Both the position numbers and the translations under genes were made by a program. A stretch of DNA of 64,000 bases, taken from positions 23,474 to 87,473 of the IMG/VR virus record IMGVR_UViG_3300010370_000029; one strand, written 5' to 3'. This DNA comes from a virus. Positions 17,418 to 26,185 of the stretch are shown here, piece by piece; within the stretch, counting starts at the first letter, position 1, and every line of letters starts with the position of its first letter. The notes below the pieces were generated by a model that was given only the letters and a program-made list of their open reading frames with translations, ran no database searches and was not told where the DNA came from.

Positions 17418-17536
17418 GGCACCGCAGTTGGTCGGGACAACGATAGTATGACACGGGCGCTACCCGAGGTTACAAGCATACTATGCTAGCCAAGGACTAG
17501 GTGAGAGCCTAGATGGGTTCGAATCCCACGGTGCCA
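17418..17536 (+). ncRNA. non-canonical tRNA-like RNA (119 nt)
   Basis: Acceptor stem GGCACCG/CGGTGCC+A; D-like arm GTTG/CAAC; T-arm TGGG-TTCGAAT-CCCA; 8-bp ATAGTATG/CATACTAT arm with a 26-nt insert instead of an anticodon loop; extra GAGA-tetraloop hairpin. Confidence 0.75.
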
Positions 17537-17551
17537 CTTTACGAGGAAACT

Positions 17552-17917
17552 ATGGAAGATAAAAAGAATCCAAATGCGTTAACCTATGGGATATCCCCAA
17601 GTGCTCCCGCATCAATTAAACCAGTAGAAGTGGATAAGTGGGTCGGCAAAGTCGAACCCACTTTTAAGCATTATTATGAGGAACGATATAACGATTTGGT
17701 TAGACAATACGAAGAGTTGGTCAAGGATTACGAAATCAATAAGATGTGTTATGAAGCCTCGCTTGGGTTTGAACCAAATATAGGGCAGGTCTACCACTTG
17801 TATCGTAAGGGTGATGGTAGTACATTTCTATCAATCGTAGAACCACAATACGCATTTTGGGGTAATCATATTGGTAGTTATAGATTGAACGCTCAATATG
17901 CATGGGAACAAGTCTAA
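17552..17917 (+). CDS. DUF2452-like protein
   Basis: A..GFEP..GQVYHLY....G..FLSI..P motif; GAGG RBS. Confidence 0.65.
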   Translation: MEDKKNPNALTYGISPSAPASIKPVEVDKWVGKVEPTFKHYYEERYNDLVRQYEELVKDYEINKMCYEASLGFEPNIGQVYHLYRKGDGSTFLSIVEPQYAFWGNHIGSYRLNAQYAWEQV

Positions 17918-18501
17918 TGGCGTTACAAGGATACACCGTCGAGCACATCAGCTTTTCCGATACTGTCCGTTCTTTTTTACGGAAATGGCACTATTCGGAT
18001 TATGTCAATATTCAAGAAAAACACACTTTTGGATTATTTCGTGAGGGTGTGTTTTTACCTGAACTGGTTGGGATATGTATTTATACTAGGCCGGCAGGAC
18101 CAAGTGCCGCGCAGAAGTATTATCCACAAGACCCCGATAAATGTCTGGAACTCAGGCGATTGTGTTTAGTGGATGATACTCCAAAGAACGCTGAAAGTTT
18201 CTTTGTGAGTCGGACATTAAAGTGGTTACGAAAAAATACGGATTGGAAGTTTGTCGTAAGTTATGCTGACCCAGAGCAAGGACATAAAGGTATCATCTAT
18301 CGGGCAGCTAACTTTAAGTATGAAGGTATCACCGCGCCTGGGTCATCACTACTGGTAGATGGGAAACCTTTTCACATTAGAACCTTGACAATGTTGGACC
18401 GTCCGTATGGAGTAGAAATCAATCAACGATATAAAGCTGGCGACCCCGGCGTACAGATTATAAAGACGGAACCTAAGCATATTTACACATATCAACTCTA
18501 G
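17917..18501 (+). CDS. Mom-family (GNAT-fold) DNA base-modification enzyme
   Basis: F...WHYS, LELRRLC, PKNAESFFVS, VVSYADPEQGHKGIIYRAANF.Y.G. Confidence 0.8.
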   Translation: MALQGYTVEHISFSDTVRSFLRKWHYSDYVNIQEKHTFGLFREGVFLPELVGICIYTRPAGPSAAQKYYPQDPDKCLELRRLCLVDDTPKNAESFFVSRTLKWLRKNTDWKFVVSYADPEQGHKGIIYRAANFKYEGITAPGSSLLVDGKPFHIRTLTMLDRPYGVEINQRYKAGDPGVQIIKTEPKHIYTYQL

Positions 18502-18510
18502 GAGGAAAGT

Positions 18511-18867
18511 ATGGGCATGTTCGACACACTAAAAGTAGAAACAAAGATTCCAGGACATTCAGATGTTCCTCTTGGAGAATTTCAAACGAAGAGTCTGGAC
18601 TGTACACTAGATTATTATGTTATAACAAATAATGGTGAATTATACAAGGAAGTTTGGGACTATGCATGGGTAGATGACCCCAACTCAGCGTTTAATGGGT
18701 ATTTTGATAAAGTAGAAGGTAGTTATCGCCGGGAGTACTTGACAAACTTCCACGGAGATATTATATTTTATAATGGTGAAGTGGTGGGTGGGAAGTGGAG
18801 AGATTATACCGCTCGATTCACCGAAGGTAAATTAACAAGAGTTTGGTACGAAGATAAACAACTTTAA
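18511..18867 (+). CDS. conserved phage hypothetical protein (MGMFD...FQTK family)
   Basis: GGAGG RBS; MGMFD, EFQTKSL, A.FT.GKL. Confidence 0.65.
   Translation: MGMFDTLKVETKIPGHSDVPLGEFQTKSLDCTLDYYVITNNGELYKEVWDYAWVDDPNSAFNGYFDKVEGSYRREYLTNFHGDIIFYNGEVVGGKWRDYTARFTEGKLTRVWYEDKQL
18739..18767 (+). promoter_or_regulatory. sigma70-type promoter inside the upstream gene, probably driving the clamp operon
   Basis: TTGACA-17-TATATT. Confidence 0.6.
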
Positions 18868-18881
18868 AGAGGTTAAAGGTT

Positions 18882-19601
18882 ATGGAAAAGTCAAAGCTGG
18901 AAAGGTTCATTTCAAAGTATAACATCGGCGGAGCATGTGAGAGCGTCAAGTGTGTATCTAATGGTACAGAGATGACTGTTCGCTCTATTTCTGATGACAA
19001 GAATGTATTGGCTGAGGTGACCAGCCACGATATCGGATTCCCCGAGGGTGAGTTCAGTATCTATGAGACGAAGAAGCTTCGTTCGCTTCTTGGTGTACTT
19101 GGAGAGAAGCTGAAGGTCGCTGCAAATAGTTCGTCGAATAAGGTTATCGGATTGAATCTTTCTGACTCCGATACGAAGGTGACGTTCGTTCTGGCGGATG
19201 AGTCGGTCATTCCGAAGGTTCCCGACTTAAAGAAGCTCCCGCCGGTGGATATCGAAATTGTCCTTGATGACAAGTTTGTGAACACGTTCGCTCGTGCGAA
19301 GGGCGCTCTGTCTGAGGTGGATACGTTCACCGTGATGAGTGATGGTACGGATGCGACTGTTGTAATCGGCTACTCGACGTTGAATACGAACCGCGTCAAT
19401 ATCAAGACTACGACCAAGACGAATACGAAGATTGACCCGATTAGTTTCTCCGCTAACTATTTGAAGGAAGTGCTACTGTCGAACAAGGAAATCAAGGATG
19501 GTATCTTGAAGGTCAGTTCGAAGGGTATCGCTGTTGCGGAATTCGTGGGTGAGGCGTTCACCTCGAAGTATTTCCTCGTCCAAATTGACACGAAGGACTA
19601 A
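18882..19601 (+). CDS. sliding clamp, T4 gp45-like
   Basis: 239 aa; F.IYE...L, F.LAD.S.I, VSSKG....F, Y.LV; close to clamp-loader genes. Confidence 0.75.
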   Translation: MEKSKLERFISKYNIGGACESVKCVSNGTEMTVRSISDDKNVLAEVTSHDIGFPEGEFSIYETKKLRSLLGVLGEKLKVAANSSSNKVIGLNLSDSDTKVTFVLADESVIPKVPDLKKLPPVDIEIVLDDKFVNTFARAKGALSEVDTFTVMSDGTDATVVIGYSTLNTNRVNIKTTTKTNTKIDPISFSANYLKEVLLSNKEIKDGILKVSSKGIAVAEFVGEAFTSKYFLVQIDTKD

Positions 19602-20782
19602 TGGCCGGCTTCGACGATTTCTTTGATACACCCAAGTTTGATTTCGACAAGGAGAAACAGCTCTTTGTCGAAAACTTGGACATGCTTAAGAGTATGTCTG
19701 TTCAAGAACAAACCTTGTACAAGAAGTATAAGGAAGTAAATGGGTATTATCAGAATTCGTTTGATAAGGCTCGTATTGTCAAGGCGAAGATTTGGACGCC
19801 TACTGACCTGAACAATAAGGAACAGACTGTCAAGGAAATACAAGCCCTTCAGCCCCGTATCCGTCTGGTGATGTCAAAGACCACCGACGAAATGGATTGG
19901 AATATGATTCGGGTGTTCTCGCATACAATGGAGTTTGACCAGAATCCCGGTCGGTTTGTGCGATTCCTTGTTTATGATGAGGTAACGGGGAAGTATCTTG
20001 GTGCGACTTCTTTGGGGAGTGACGTTATCGCTATCGGCTGCCGTGATGAATGGATTGGATGGGATAAGGATACGAAGCTGAAGGGGAAGTTGAATAATTC
20101 CGCCATCGGTACTTGTATTATGGCTACCCAGCCGTTCGGATATAATTTCTTGGGCGGGAAGCTTGTTGCTTCGATGTTGACTACGAAGGTTGTTGCCGAT
20201 ACGTGGGAAAAGATGTACAACAACGTTTTGGCTGGACTCACCACGACTTCACTGTATGGGTCTGAGTCTATGTACAATTCTATTCCGTTCTGGAAGAAGT
20301 TGGGGTCAAGTACTGGTGCGATTGGTATCAAGCCCGATGATGATGTCTATGGCAAGTGGCATGACTATCTGAAGCAGAACAAGCCCGACGAGTATAAGGA
20401 ACGATTCGTCAAGGATGACCCATCGAAGGGACCGGTCACTGGTATTAAGCAACAAATCATTTCGATGATTTTCCGTGAAGTGGGAGTCGGTGCGAGTAAG
20501 TACAAGCACGGCTTTGAACGTGGTGTATATTACGCTCCCCTTTACGAGAATACCCGTGAATTCCTGCGTGGGGAAATTGAGAAGGATAAGCTCATTCCCT
20601 TGACAAAGCTGAAGGACGATGTAGATTCCGTATTGAATTGGTGGAAGCCGAAGGCTATCGCCCGATATGAGAAGTTACATGAAGAAGGTCGGACAAAGGA
20701 TGGTATTCTGTATTATACTAATATGATTGGAATTAGTTGGGATGAGGCAAAGCGTATCTATCTTCCAGAGGTCGGCAGATGA
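19601..20782 (+). CDS. DUF4338/DruA-like protein (Mom-related GNAT fold), putative DNA modification enzyme
   Basis: NPGR, GSD....RD.WIGW, QPFGYNFLGGKL, TTTSLYG, W..LG...G, HG..RGVY. Confidence 0.7.
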   Translation: MAGFDDFFDTPKFDFDKEKQLFVENLDMLKSMSVQEQTLYKKYKEVNGYYQNSFDKARIVKAKIWTPTDLNNKEQTVKEIQALQPRIRLVMSKTTDEMDWNMIRVFSHTMEFDQNPGRFVRFLVYDEVTGKYLGATSLGSDVIAIGCRDEWIGWDKDTKLKGKLNNSAIGTCIMATQPFGYNFLGGKLVASMLTTKVVADTWEKMYNNVLAGLTTTSLYGSESMYNSIPFWKKLGSSTGAIGIKPDDDVYGKWHDYLKQNKPDEYKERFVKDDPSKGPVTGIKQQIISMIFREVGVGASKYKHGFERGVYYAPLYENTREFLRGEIEKDKLIPLTKLKDDVDSVLNWWKPKAIARYEKLHEEGRTKDGILYYTNMIGISWDEAKRIYLPEVGR

Positions 20783-21888
20783 GTTTTTTTGAAACAACGG
20801 TTGACATATCAAAATGTAAAAAGGTATTGGTAATCCCCAATATTACTAATTCTGCGAATATCGAAAAGGACTCCTTCGTGGATGTTATCTATAATCATAT
20901 TCGAGCATTAGAAAAGCTTGGGGATTATTATTGGCACATCCTACTTCCAGAGCCCGTAGCAAAGCTCAATTTGGAAAACGTCAAGCAACATATCGTAGAC
21001 ATCTCTGGCGATATGATTCATATGCGGGTAACGTTTCCACGAAAGGCTATCACGCTAATTCAAGAGCTGGAGTATGATGTAGTCTATTCACATCTTCCTG
21101 ACTGGTTTATGGTCAAGCGATATACCGATAAACCAATCGTCGGATATGCACATTGGTGGGAAATGAAATCGTGTAATGCTGAAGATAGAAAGAATCGTCA
21201 GCGGAATATCGTGGCAGAATTGCTGGGTGTGATGGGGATGAAGGTGTGTTATCTGAATACCCAAGACCAAAAGAATCGGGTATTGGATGAGGCTCGGCAA
21301 TGGTTTAATGATGAAAAGGTTCAAGAGCTGGACAGAATTCTCCAAGTCTGGCATTTGGGTGTTCCCGAAGGAAAGATTATTTCCGCTCCTACTGAAAAGG
21401 AAAAGATTATTGTATTCAATCATCGTGCCGCTGCATACAAGGGATATCCGCAATTTATTGAGCTAATAAAAGAGTATCGTGAGTCCAGACAAGACTTTGT
21501 GGTATGGGTTCCACAGCTGGAAGGAAAGCCGGAAGAATCGTGGATTGACAATACCAAAGTCCCGAAGCATGAGTACTATACCCGACTCCAGCGTTGCTCC
21601 GTAGGAATCCAAATGCGCCAATCAAACTATGGATGGAGCGTGGCAGCCACGGATTGTATGATGAATGGTACTGCGGTTATTTTCCAAGAGTCTGACTGCT
21701 ATCACGAAATTGACCCCGATGGTCTATTCTTCAAGTTTAAAAAGGATTTATTTGCTACGCTGGATAAGTTTTTGGACGATACGACATTTCGTCACGAACA
21801 AGGTGTACGAAGTATCCAACGTACAAAGGAATTGCAAGATAAAGAAAATAATATGTTATTATTGTTAAACGATAATTTAAGTACTTGA
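20779..21888 (+). CDS. GT-B glycosyltransferase (possible DNA base glycosyltransferase)
   Basis: YDVVYSHLP, FNHR...YKG, GWSVAATDCMMNG; ATGA overlap with the DUF4338 gene. Confidence 0.75.
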   Translation: MSFFETTVDISKCKKVLVIPNITNSANIEKDSFVDVIYNHIRALEKLGDYYWHILLPEPVAKLNLENVKQHIVDISGDMIHMRVTFPRKAITLIQELEYDVVYSHLPDWFMVKRYTDKPIVGYAHWWEMKSCNAEDRKNRQRNIVAELLGVMGMKVCYLNTQDQKNRVLDEARQWFNDEKVQELDRILQVWHLGVPEGKIISAPTEKEKIIVFNHRAAAYKGYPQFIELIKEYRESRQDFVVWVPQLEGKPEESWIDNTKVPKHEYYTRLQRCSVGIQMRQSNYGWSVAATDCMMNGTAVIFQESDCYHEIDPDGLFFKFKKDLFATLDKFLDDTTFRHEQGVRSIQRTKELQDKENNMLLLLNDNLST

Positions 21889-21913
21889 CAATAGCCAACA
21901 ATTGTATTAGATT
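21885..21913 (+). promoter_or_regulatory. sigma70-type promoter
   Basis: TTGACA-17-TAGATT. Confidence 0.6.
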
Positions 21914-21992
21914 TAATATGTTACAAAGATTACTCTTTTTGTGCCACAGAGCAATCTTCTAAATCAACGGCACTAAAACAAAAGGAGAAGTT

Positions 21993-23660
21993 ATGGCTGG
22001 GCTGACCCTCGTATCATCAGGAGCAAACGTCAAGTCGTGGACGTTTGATAAAATTTCTAAGGAGTATAGTACTACTCTCGTAGACACGCCAAAGTATCAG
22101 CGACCGGATGTGTTCGGCTTTGTACGGAACGGCAGCGGTAGTAATTGGCAGCGTAATCTCATCCGTTCTATTTTGATGGGCAATCCCATCCCTCAGCTCC
22201 ACTTTCGCTACGTATTCTCAAAGGGGCCAAATGGTCTAGAGTGGAAGTATGAGATTGTGGACGGAGGACATCGCACACGTACTGTATATTACTTTCTAAA
22301 CAATTGCATTAAAACTCCAATTGACTGTACGCTTACCGATGTTGACGGGAACCAGTACAACATTGGTGCTATGCATCTTTCACAGATTATACAGAAGTAT
22401 CCTGTGCTAGAGGATTACATCTATAATCTTTCTCTTAGCGTTGTAGAGTATGAAAATCTCACCGATGATGATGCAGAAACACTTTTTCTTACTCTTAATG
22501 ATTTGAACAAGATGTCTCCCGCTGACAAGCGGAACGCTATTAATAATATTATTGCGGATACGAACCGTAATCTTGGTGCGGTTGACTCCCCTAACGCTTT
22601 TTCGATGTTCACCAGCCGTTCATTCATTAAGAACGATTGGAAGGCTGACTACACCAGCTTGGATGCAGTCAGCCGAGAGTCGGATGAAATTGTATCGTGG
22701 GCGATGTACTATCTATACAGCGGTGGTATATTTGCAAAAGACTCCAGCGGAAAGCCGCGGTTCGCGGGTATGGACGCCCAATCAGTTCTCGACAAGATGT
22801 ATCGTGACGAGTATCTTATGAGGGAGTTGGCGGTACCGGGGTCTAAGATGGAAAAGAATCTGCGGTCACTACTGTCAATTGTTAATAATATTGTCGTTAA
22901 GAATCCGCGTCTTGATATTTTTAAAAAGGGCGGAAAGTGGTTCGCTGGTCCTCTAAAGAAGCTTATTATGCTAGTCGCTGAGATGCACAATGTAAACGGT
23001 ACTTTTAACTTTAGTAAAGTTAAAATTAATACCGACGACTTCTTTACCTCTTTCAATCGAGCGACCAGCGAACTGAAGAACGACAAGAACGTAAAGCCAC
23101 ACCTGCCATACCAGTCGTATATGCTGGTAAACAACAAGGTTCACGTAAATAGCGTTCAGCCGGATAATGTTGGTGATACAATATATCCGTTCCATAAAGT
23201 GTTTACGGGAGGCGCTCGACTTGACGATATGCTGTACATCTATTATCATTACGTCACCAAGGGTTATATGAATTTTGGAGTTACGAAATTGGATAAGCGT
23301 CGAGACTTTAATAAGGATATCGTAGATACTCTACTCACGGAACAGAAGAATTGCTGCCGGTTTTGCTCAAAGTTACTCACGGATGGTAATTACGCGGTAG
23401 ACCACATTGCTCCGCATTCTTTTGGTGGACCTACAATTCTGGAAAACAGCCAGATTCTCTGTTCTTCTTGTAACGGTCAGAAGTCGAATGGCATGACACT
23501 CCAAGATGTGGTACATCTCTGTGAGAGAATGAACGTAGACGTTCAACTTAAGGAAGTTGTAGTTGGACTGGCTCACGCAGTTATTACCTCTGGCGCAACT
23601 GACCGACTCTCGGAAGGTGATATCCGTACAGTAATTAAGCTGGTATTTGGCAAACAATAA
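21993..23660 (+). CDS. DUF262 (ParB/Srx-like) + HNH nuclease, GmrSD-like
   Basis: PKYQR, LIRSIL.G.PIP, IVDGGHR, F..LN; C-terminal CRFC..DHI.P...GG....NSQILCSSCN. Confidence 0.8.
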   Translation: MAGLTLVSSGANVKSWTFDKISKEYSTTLVDTPKYQRPDVFGFVRNGSGSNWQRNLIRSILMGNPIPQLHFRYVFSKGPNGLEWKYEIVDGGHRTRTVYYFLNNCIKTPIDCTLTDVDGNQYNIGAMHLSQIIQKYPVLEDYIYNLSLSVVEYENLTDDDAETLFLTLNDLNKMSPADKRNAINNIIADTNRNLGAVDSPNAFSMFTSRSFIKNDWKADYTSLDAVSRESDEIVSWAMYYLYSGGIFAKDSSGKPRFAGMDAQSVLDKMYRDEYLMRELAVPGSKMEKNLRSLLSIVNNIVVKNPRLDIFKKGGKWFAGPLKKLIMLVAEMHNVNGTFNFSKVKINTDDFFTSFNRATSELKNDKNVKPHLPYQSYMLVNNKVHVNSVQPDNVGDTIYPFHKVFTGGARLDDMLYIYYHYVTKGYMNFGVTKLDKRRDFNKDIVDTLLTEQKNCCRFCSKLLTDGNYAVDHIAPHSFGGPTILENSQILCSSCNGQKSNGMTLQDVVHLCERMNVDVQLKEVVVGLAHAVITSGATDRLSEGDIRTVIKLVFGKQ

Positions 23661-23674
23661 AATAGGAATATTCT

Positions 23675-24589
23675 ATGACAGAAAACACGTTGTGGATTGA
23701 GAAGTATCGCCCGAACACATTGGAAAACTATATTGGGAACGATGCCCTAAAGGCGAAGTTGGCTGATTATATTTCCAAGCAGGATATCCCGCATCTTTTA
23801 TTCTATGGAACTGCGGGTACGGGTAAGACCACCGCTGCCAAGATTTTATTAAAGAATATTGAGTGTGATTCGCTCAGTATCAACGCTTCTGATGAGCGTG
23901 GTATTGATGTGATTCGGGAAAAGATTAAGAACTTTGCGTCCACATCGGGGTTTGCTCCGTTGAAGATTGTATTCTTGGATGAGGCCGATTATCTGACACC
24001 AGACGCTCAGGCCGCACTTCGTAATATGATGGAAGTGTTCAGTCACCGTACAAGGTTTGTGCTGACTTGTAATTATGTGGAACGTATTATTCCTGCGATT
24101 ATCAGTCGGTGTCAGACCTCGGCATTGATTCCACCGTCGAAGAAAGATGTGGCGGTACATCTCACTCACATCTTGACGAAGGAGCAGGTGACATTCGAGA
24201 AACAGGCGATTGCTACCTTGGTTAATGCTTATTATCCTGATATTCGTCGGATTATTGGTACCGCTCAGTTACAGACCCGTGATGGGAAGCTGGTCATCAA
24301 TGTTCACGAAGTTATCGCTGGAGATAGTAAGTTGAAGATTCTGGATACTTTGACCAGTAATCAACCATCCGCTAGTAAGATGAATGAGATTCGTCAGATT
24401 GTGACTGACGCTGGGATTCGTGACTTTACTGAACTGTATCGGCTGCTTTATGATAAGGTTCAAGAGTATGCGTCCGACCGAATCCCACAGACGATTCTCG
24501 CTCTCGCAGAAGGTCAATATCGTGACGCATTTGTAGTAGATAAAGAAATTAATTTTATGGCAACGATGTATAACATTTTAATGTACTAA
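23675..24589 (+). CDS. clamp loader ATPase subunit (gp44/RFC-like)
   Basis: WIEKYRP, GTAGTGKT, NASDERG, LDEAD, SRC. Confidence 0.93.
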   Translation: MTENTLWIEKYRPNTLENYIGNDALKAKLADYISKQDIPHLLFYGTAGTGKTTAAKILLKNIECDSLSINASDERGIDVIREKIKNFASTSGFAPLKIVFLDEADYLTPDAQAALRNMMEVFSHRTRFVLTCNYVERIIPAIISRCQTSALIPPSKKDVAVHLTHILTKEQVTFEKQAIATLVNAYYPDIRRIIGTAQLQTRDGKLVINVHEVIAGDSKLKILDTLTSNQPSASKMNEIRQIVTDAGIRDFTELYRLLYDKVQEYASDRIPQTILALAEGQYRDAFVVDKEINFMATMYNILMY

Positions 24590-24598
24590 GAGGAAATT

Positions 24599-24928
24599 AT
24601 GACCAGTAAGTTTATCCCGCCCGACCCGCGCCAGATGCGTAATCAGCAGGCACCTGACCTTTCATTGGCTACCGATATTGTCTGTGAGAATTGCGGTAAT
24701 CTGACTTTCCAAGAAGTTCTCTTGATGAAGAAGGTATCCGCTCTCGTCTCACCAAACGGTAAGGAAGGAATTGTTCCTATTCCGACATTTTCTTGCGTAG
24801 CATGTGGATATGTGAACAAGATGTTCCGTCCGGTGACTCCGGCCGGCGCAGAAGAGCCGACCGAAGCGACTCGTACAGAAGCGGCTGAACCAGAGCCCAC
24901 TCGTCCGAAGCTCGTATTAGAGGACTAA
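24599..24928 (+). CDS. zinc-ribbon hypothetical protein
   Basis: CENCG...CVACG. Confidence 0.7.
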   Translation: MTSKFIPPDPRQMRNQQAPDLSLATDIVCENCGNLTFQEVLLMKKVSALVSPNGKEGIVPIPTFSCVACGYVNKMFRPVTPAGAEEPTEATRTEAAEPEPTRPKLVLED

Positions 24929-25773
24929 TGGAAACAACCTTCGTTGAGACTTCCCGTGTCACGGTGCGAGAAATATCGAAATCCGTGGCACGAGATTTCA
25001 TTCAGACTCATCACTATACACATAAGTTCAGTTCCACCCGATATGCCCTTGGGGTATTTTATGTGGAAGATGCCGAACATATATTCTTTGCTGGTGCGAA
25101 CGAGAAGCTCATTGGGTGTATGACCTATGGGCATCCCGTCAGCAATAGAACGGTGGATAGTATTGTGGATGGATTGGAACTTGACGAAGTGCTAGAATTG
25201 ACCCGCTTGGTGTGCTTGGACGGATATGGAAAGAATCTGGAAAGTTTTGTGATTTCCAAATCGTTTGAGTGGATGAAGAAGCATGACCCCAAGGTGAAAG
25301 TCTTGGTCAGTTATGCTGACCCCGAACAAGCACATACCGGCGGGATTTATCGGGCAACGAATTGGCTGTATCAAGGATGTGGGTATTCCAAGTTGATGCC
25401 AGATTTCAGTATCCGAATCAATGAAGATGACCTCTGGACGCATAGCCGTACCGTTGGAGCCCGTTGGGGTAATAAGTCGGTGGATAATCTGGCAAAGACT
25501 ATTGGTCAAACCTTCTATAGAAAAGAAGAAACGGCAAAACATCGGTATATCTATTTCCTTTGTGGGAAGAAGGAACGGAAACGGATGATAAAGGAATTAA
25601 AGATTCCCGTGTTCGGATATTCAGAAATCAAGCCGTATACCCAACTGATTCAGAAGGTGCATGTAAAGGATGGAGTAGTTGAACGTATTGAAATCCTGCA
25701 AGGGGTTGACAATGGCTGGTCAAACAAACAGATTGTAATGCAGGAGGATGAAGATGGCGAAGACTCTATTTGA
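24928..25773 (+). CDS. Mom-family DNA base-modification enzyme (second copy)
   Basis: FI..HHY, LELTRL, KNLESFVIS, LVSYADPEQAHTGGIYRATNWLYQG, KHRYIY. Confidence 0.8.
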   Translation: METTFVETSRVTVREISKSVARDFIQTHHYTHKFSSTRYALGVFYVEDAEHIFFAGANEKLIGCMTYGHPVSNRTVDSIVDGLELDEVLELTRLVCLDGYGKNLESFVISKSFEWMKKHDPKVKVLVSYADPEQAHTGGIYRATNWLYQGCGYSKLMPDFSIRINEDDLWTHSRTVGARWGNKSVDNLAKTIGQTFYRKEETAKHRYIYFLCGKKERKRMIKELKIPVFGYSEIKPYTQLIQKVHVKDGVVERIEILQGVDNGWSNKQIVMQEDEDGEDSI

Positions 25774-26185
25774 CCACATTAATGCAATTTATCAAGACCA
25801 GAAGAAGAACTATTTCGCTGGATTGGACGATGGGGAGAAACGGACCTATAGTAACTATATGGTCAACCGATTCCTCAGTATGAACATTCATCAGCTTCCG
25901 CTGGTCAATGAGATACAAAAATACAATTTACCATCCGATGTTCACTATTTATTCTTTGCGACCACGATTCCTCGCGGGAAGCAATATAACAAATATGTAA
26001 AGTCAAAGAACGAAACCAAGTATGAAGGTTGGTTAGTCACACTGGTTTCGAAGCATTTTACTGTGTCTGAAAGTGAAGCGATGATGTATTTGGATATTTA
26101 TTATGGGGAACATAAGGACGCCCTTCGGAGTTTATGTGAGGGGTATGGAATCGATAACAAAACACTAAAGAAAGCTAAGCTATGA
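25754..26185 (+). CDS. clamp loader small subunit (gp62-like)
   Basis: LFD.INAI, Y..YMVNRFLS, VNE.Q, YL.I motifs. Confidence 0.7.
   Translation: MAKTLFDHINAIYQDQKKNYFAGLDDGEKRTYSNYMVNRFLSMNIHQLPLVNEIQKYNLPSDVHYLFFATTIPRGKQYNKYVKSKNETKYEGWLVTLVSKHFTVSESEAMMYLDIYYGEHKDALRSLCEGYGIDNKTLKKAKL

Noticed and set aside
17418-17536. Standard tRNA, tRNA-Sec or tmRNA
   Set aside because: No 7-nt anticodon loop, no TCA anticodon, no G3-U70 pair, no tag ORF, and too short for tmRNA
19601-20782. Druantia defence system
   Set aside because: Only a DruA-like gene is present; there is no DruE helicase or other Dru gene, and the context is the phage replisome
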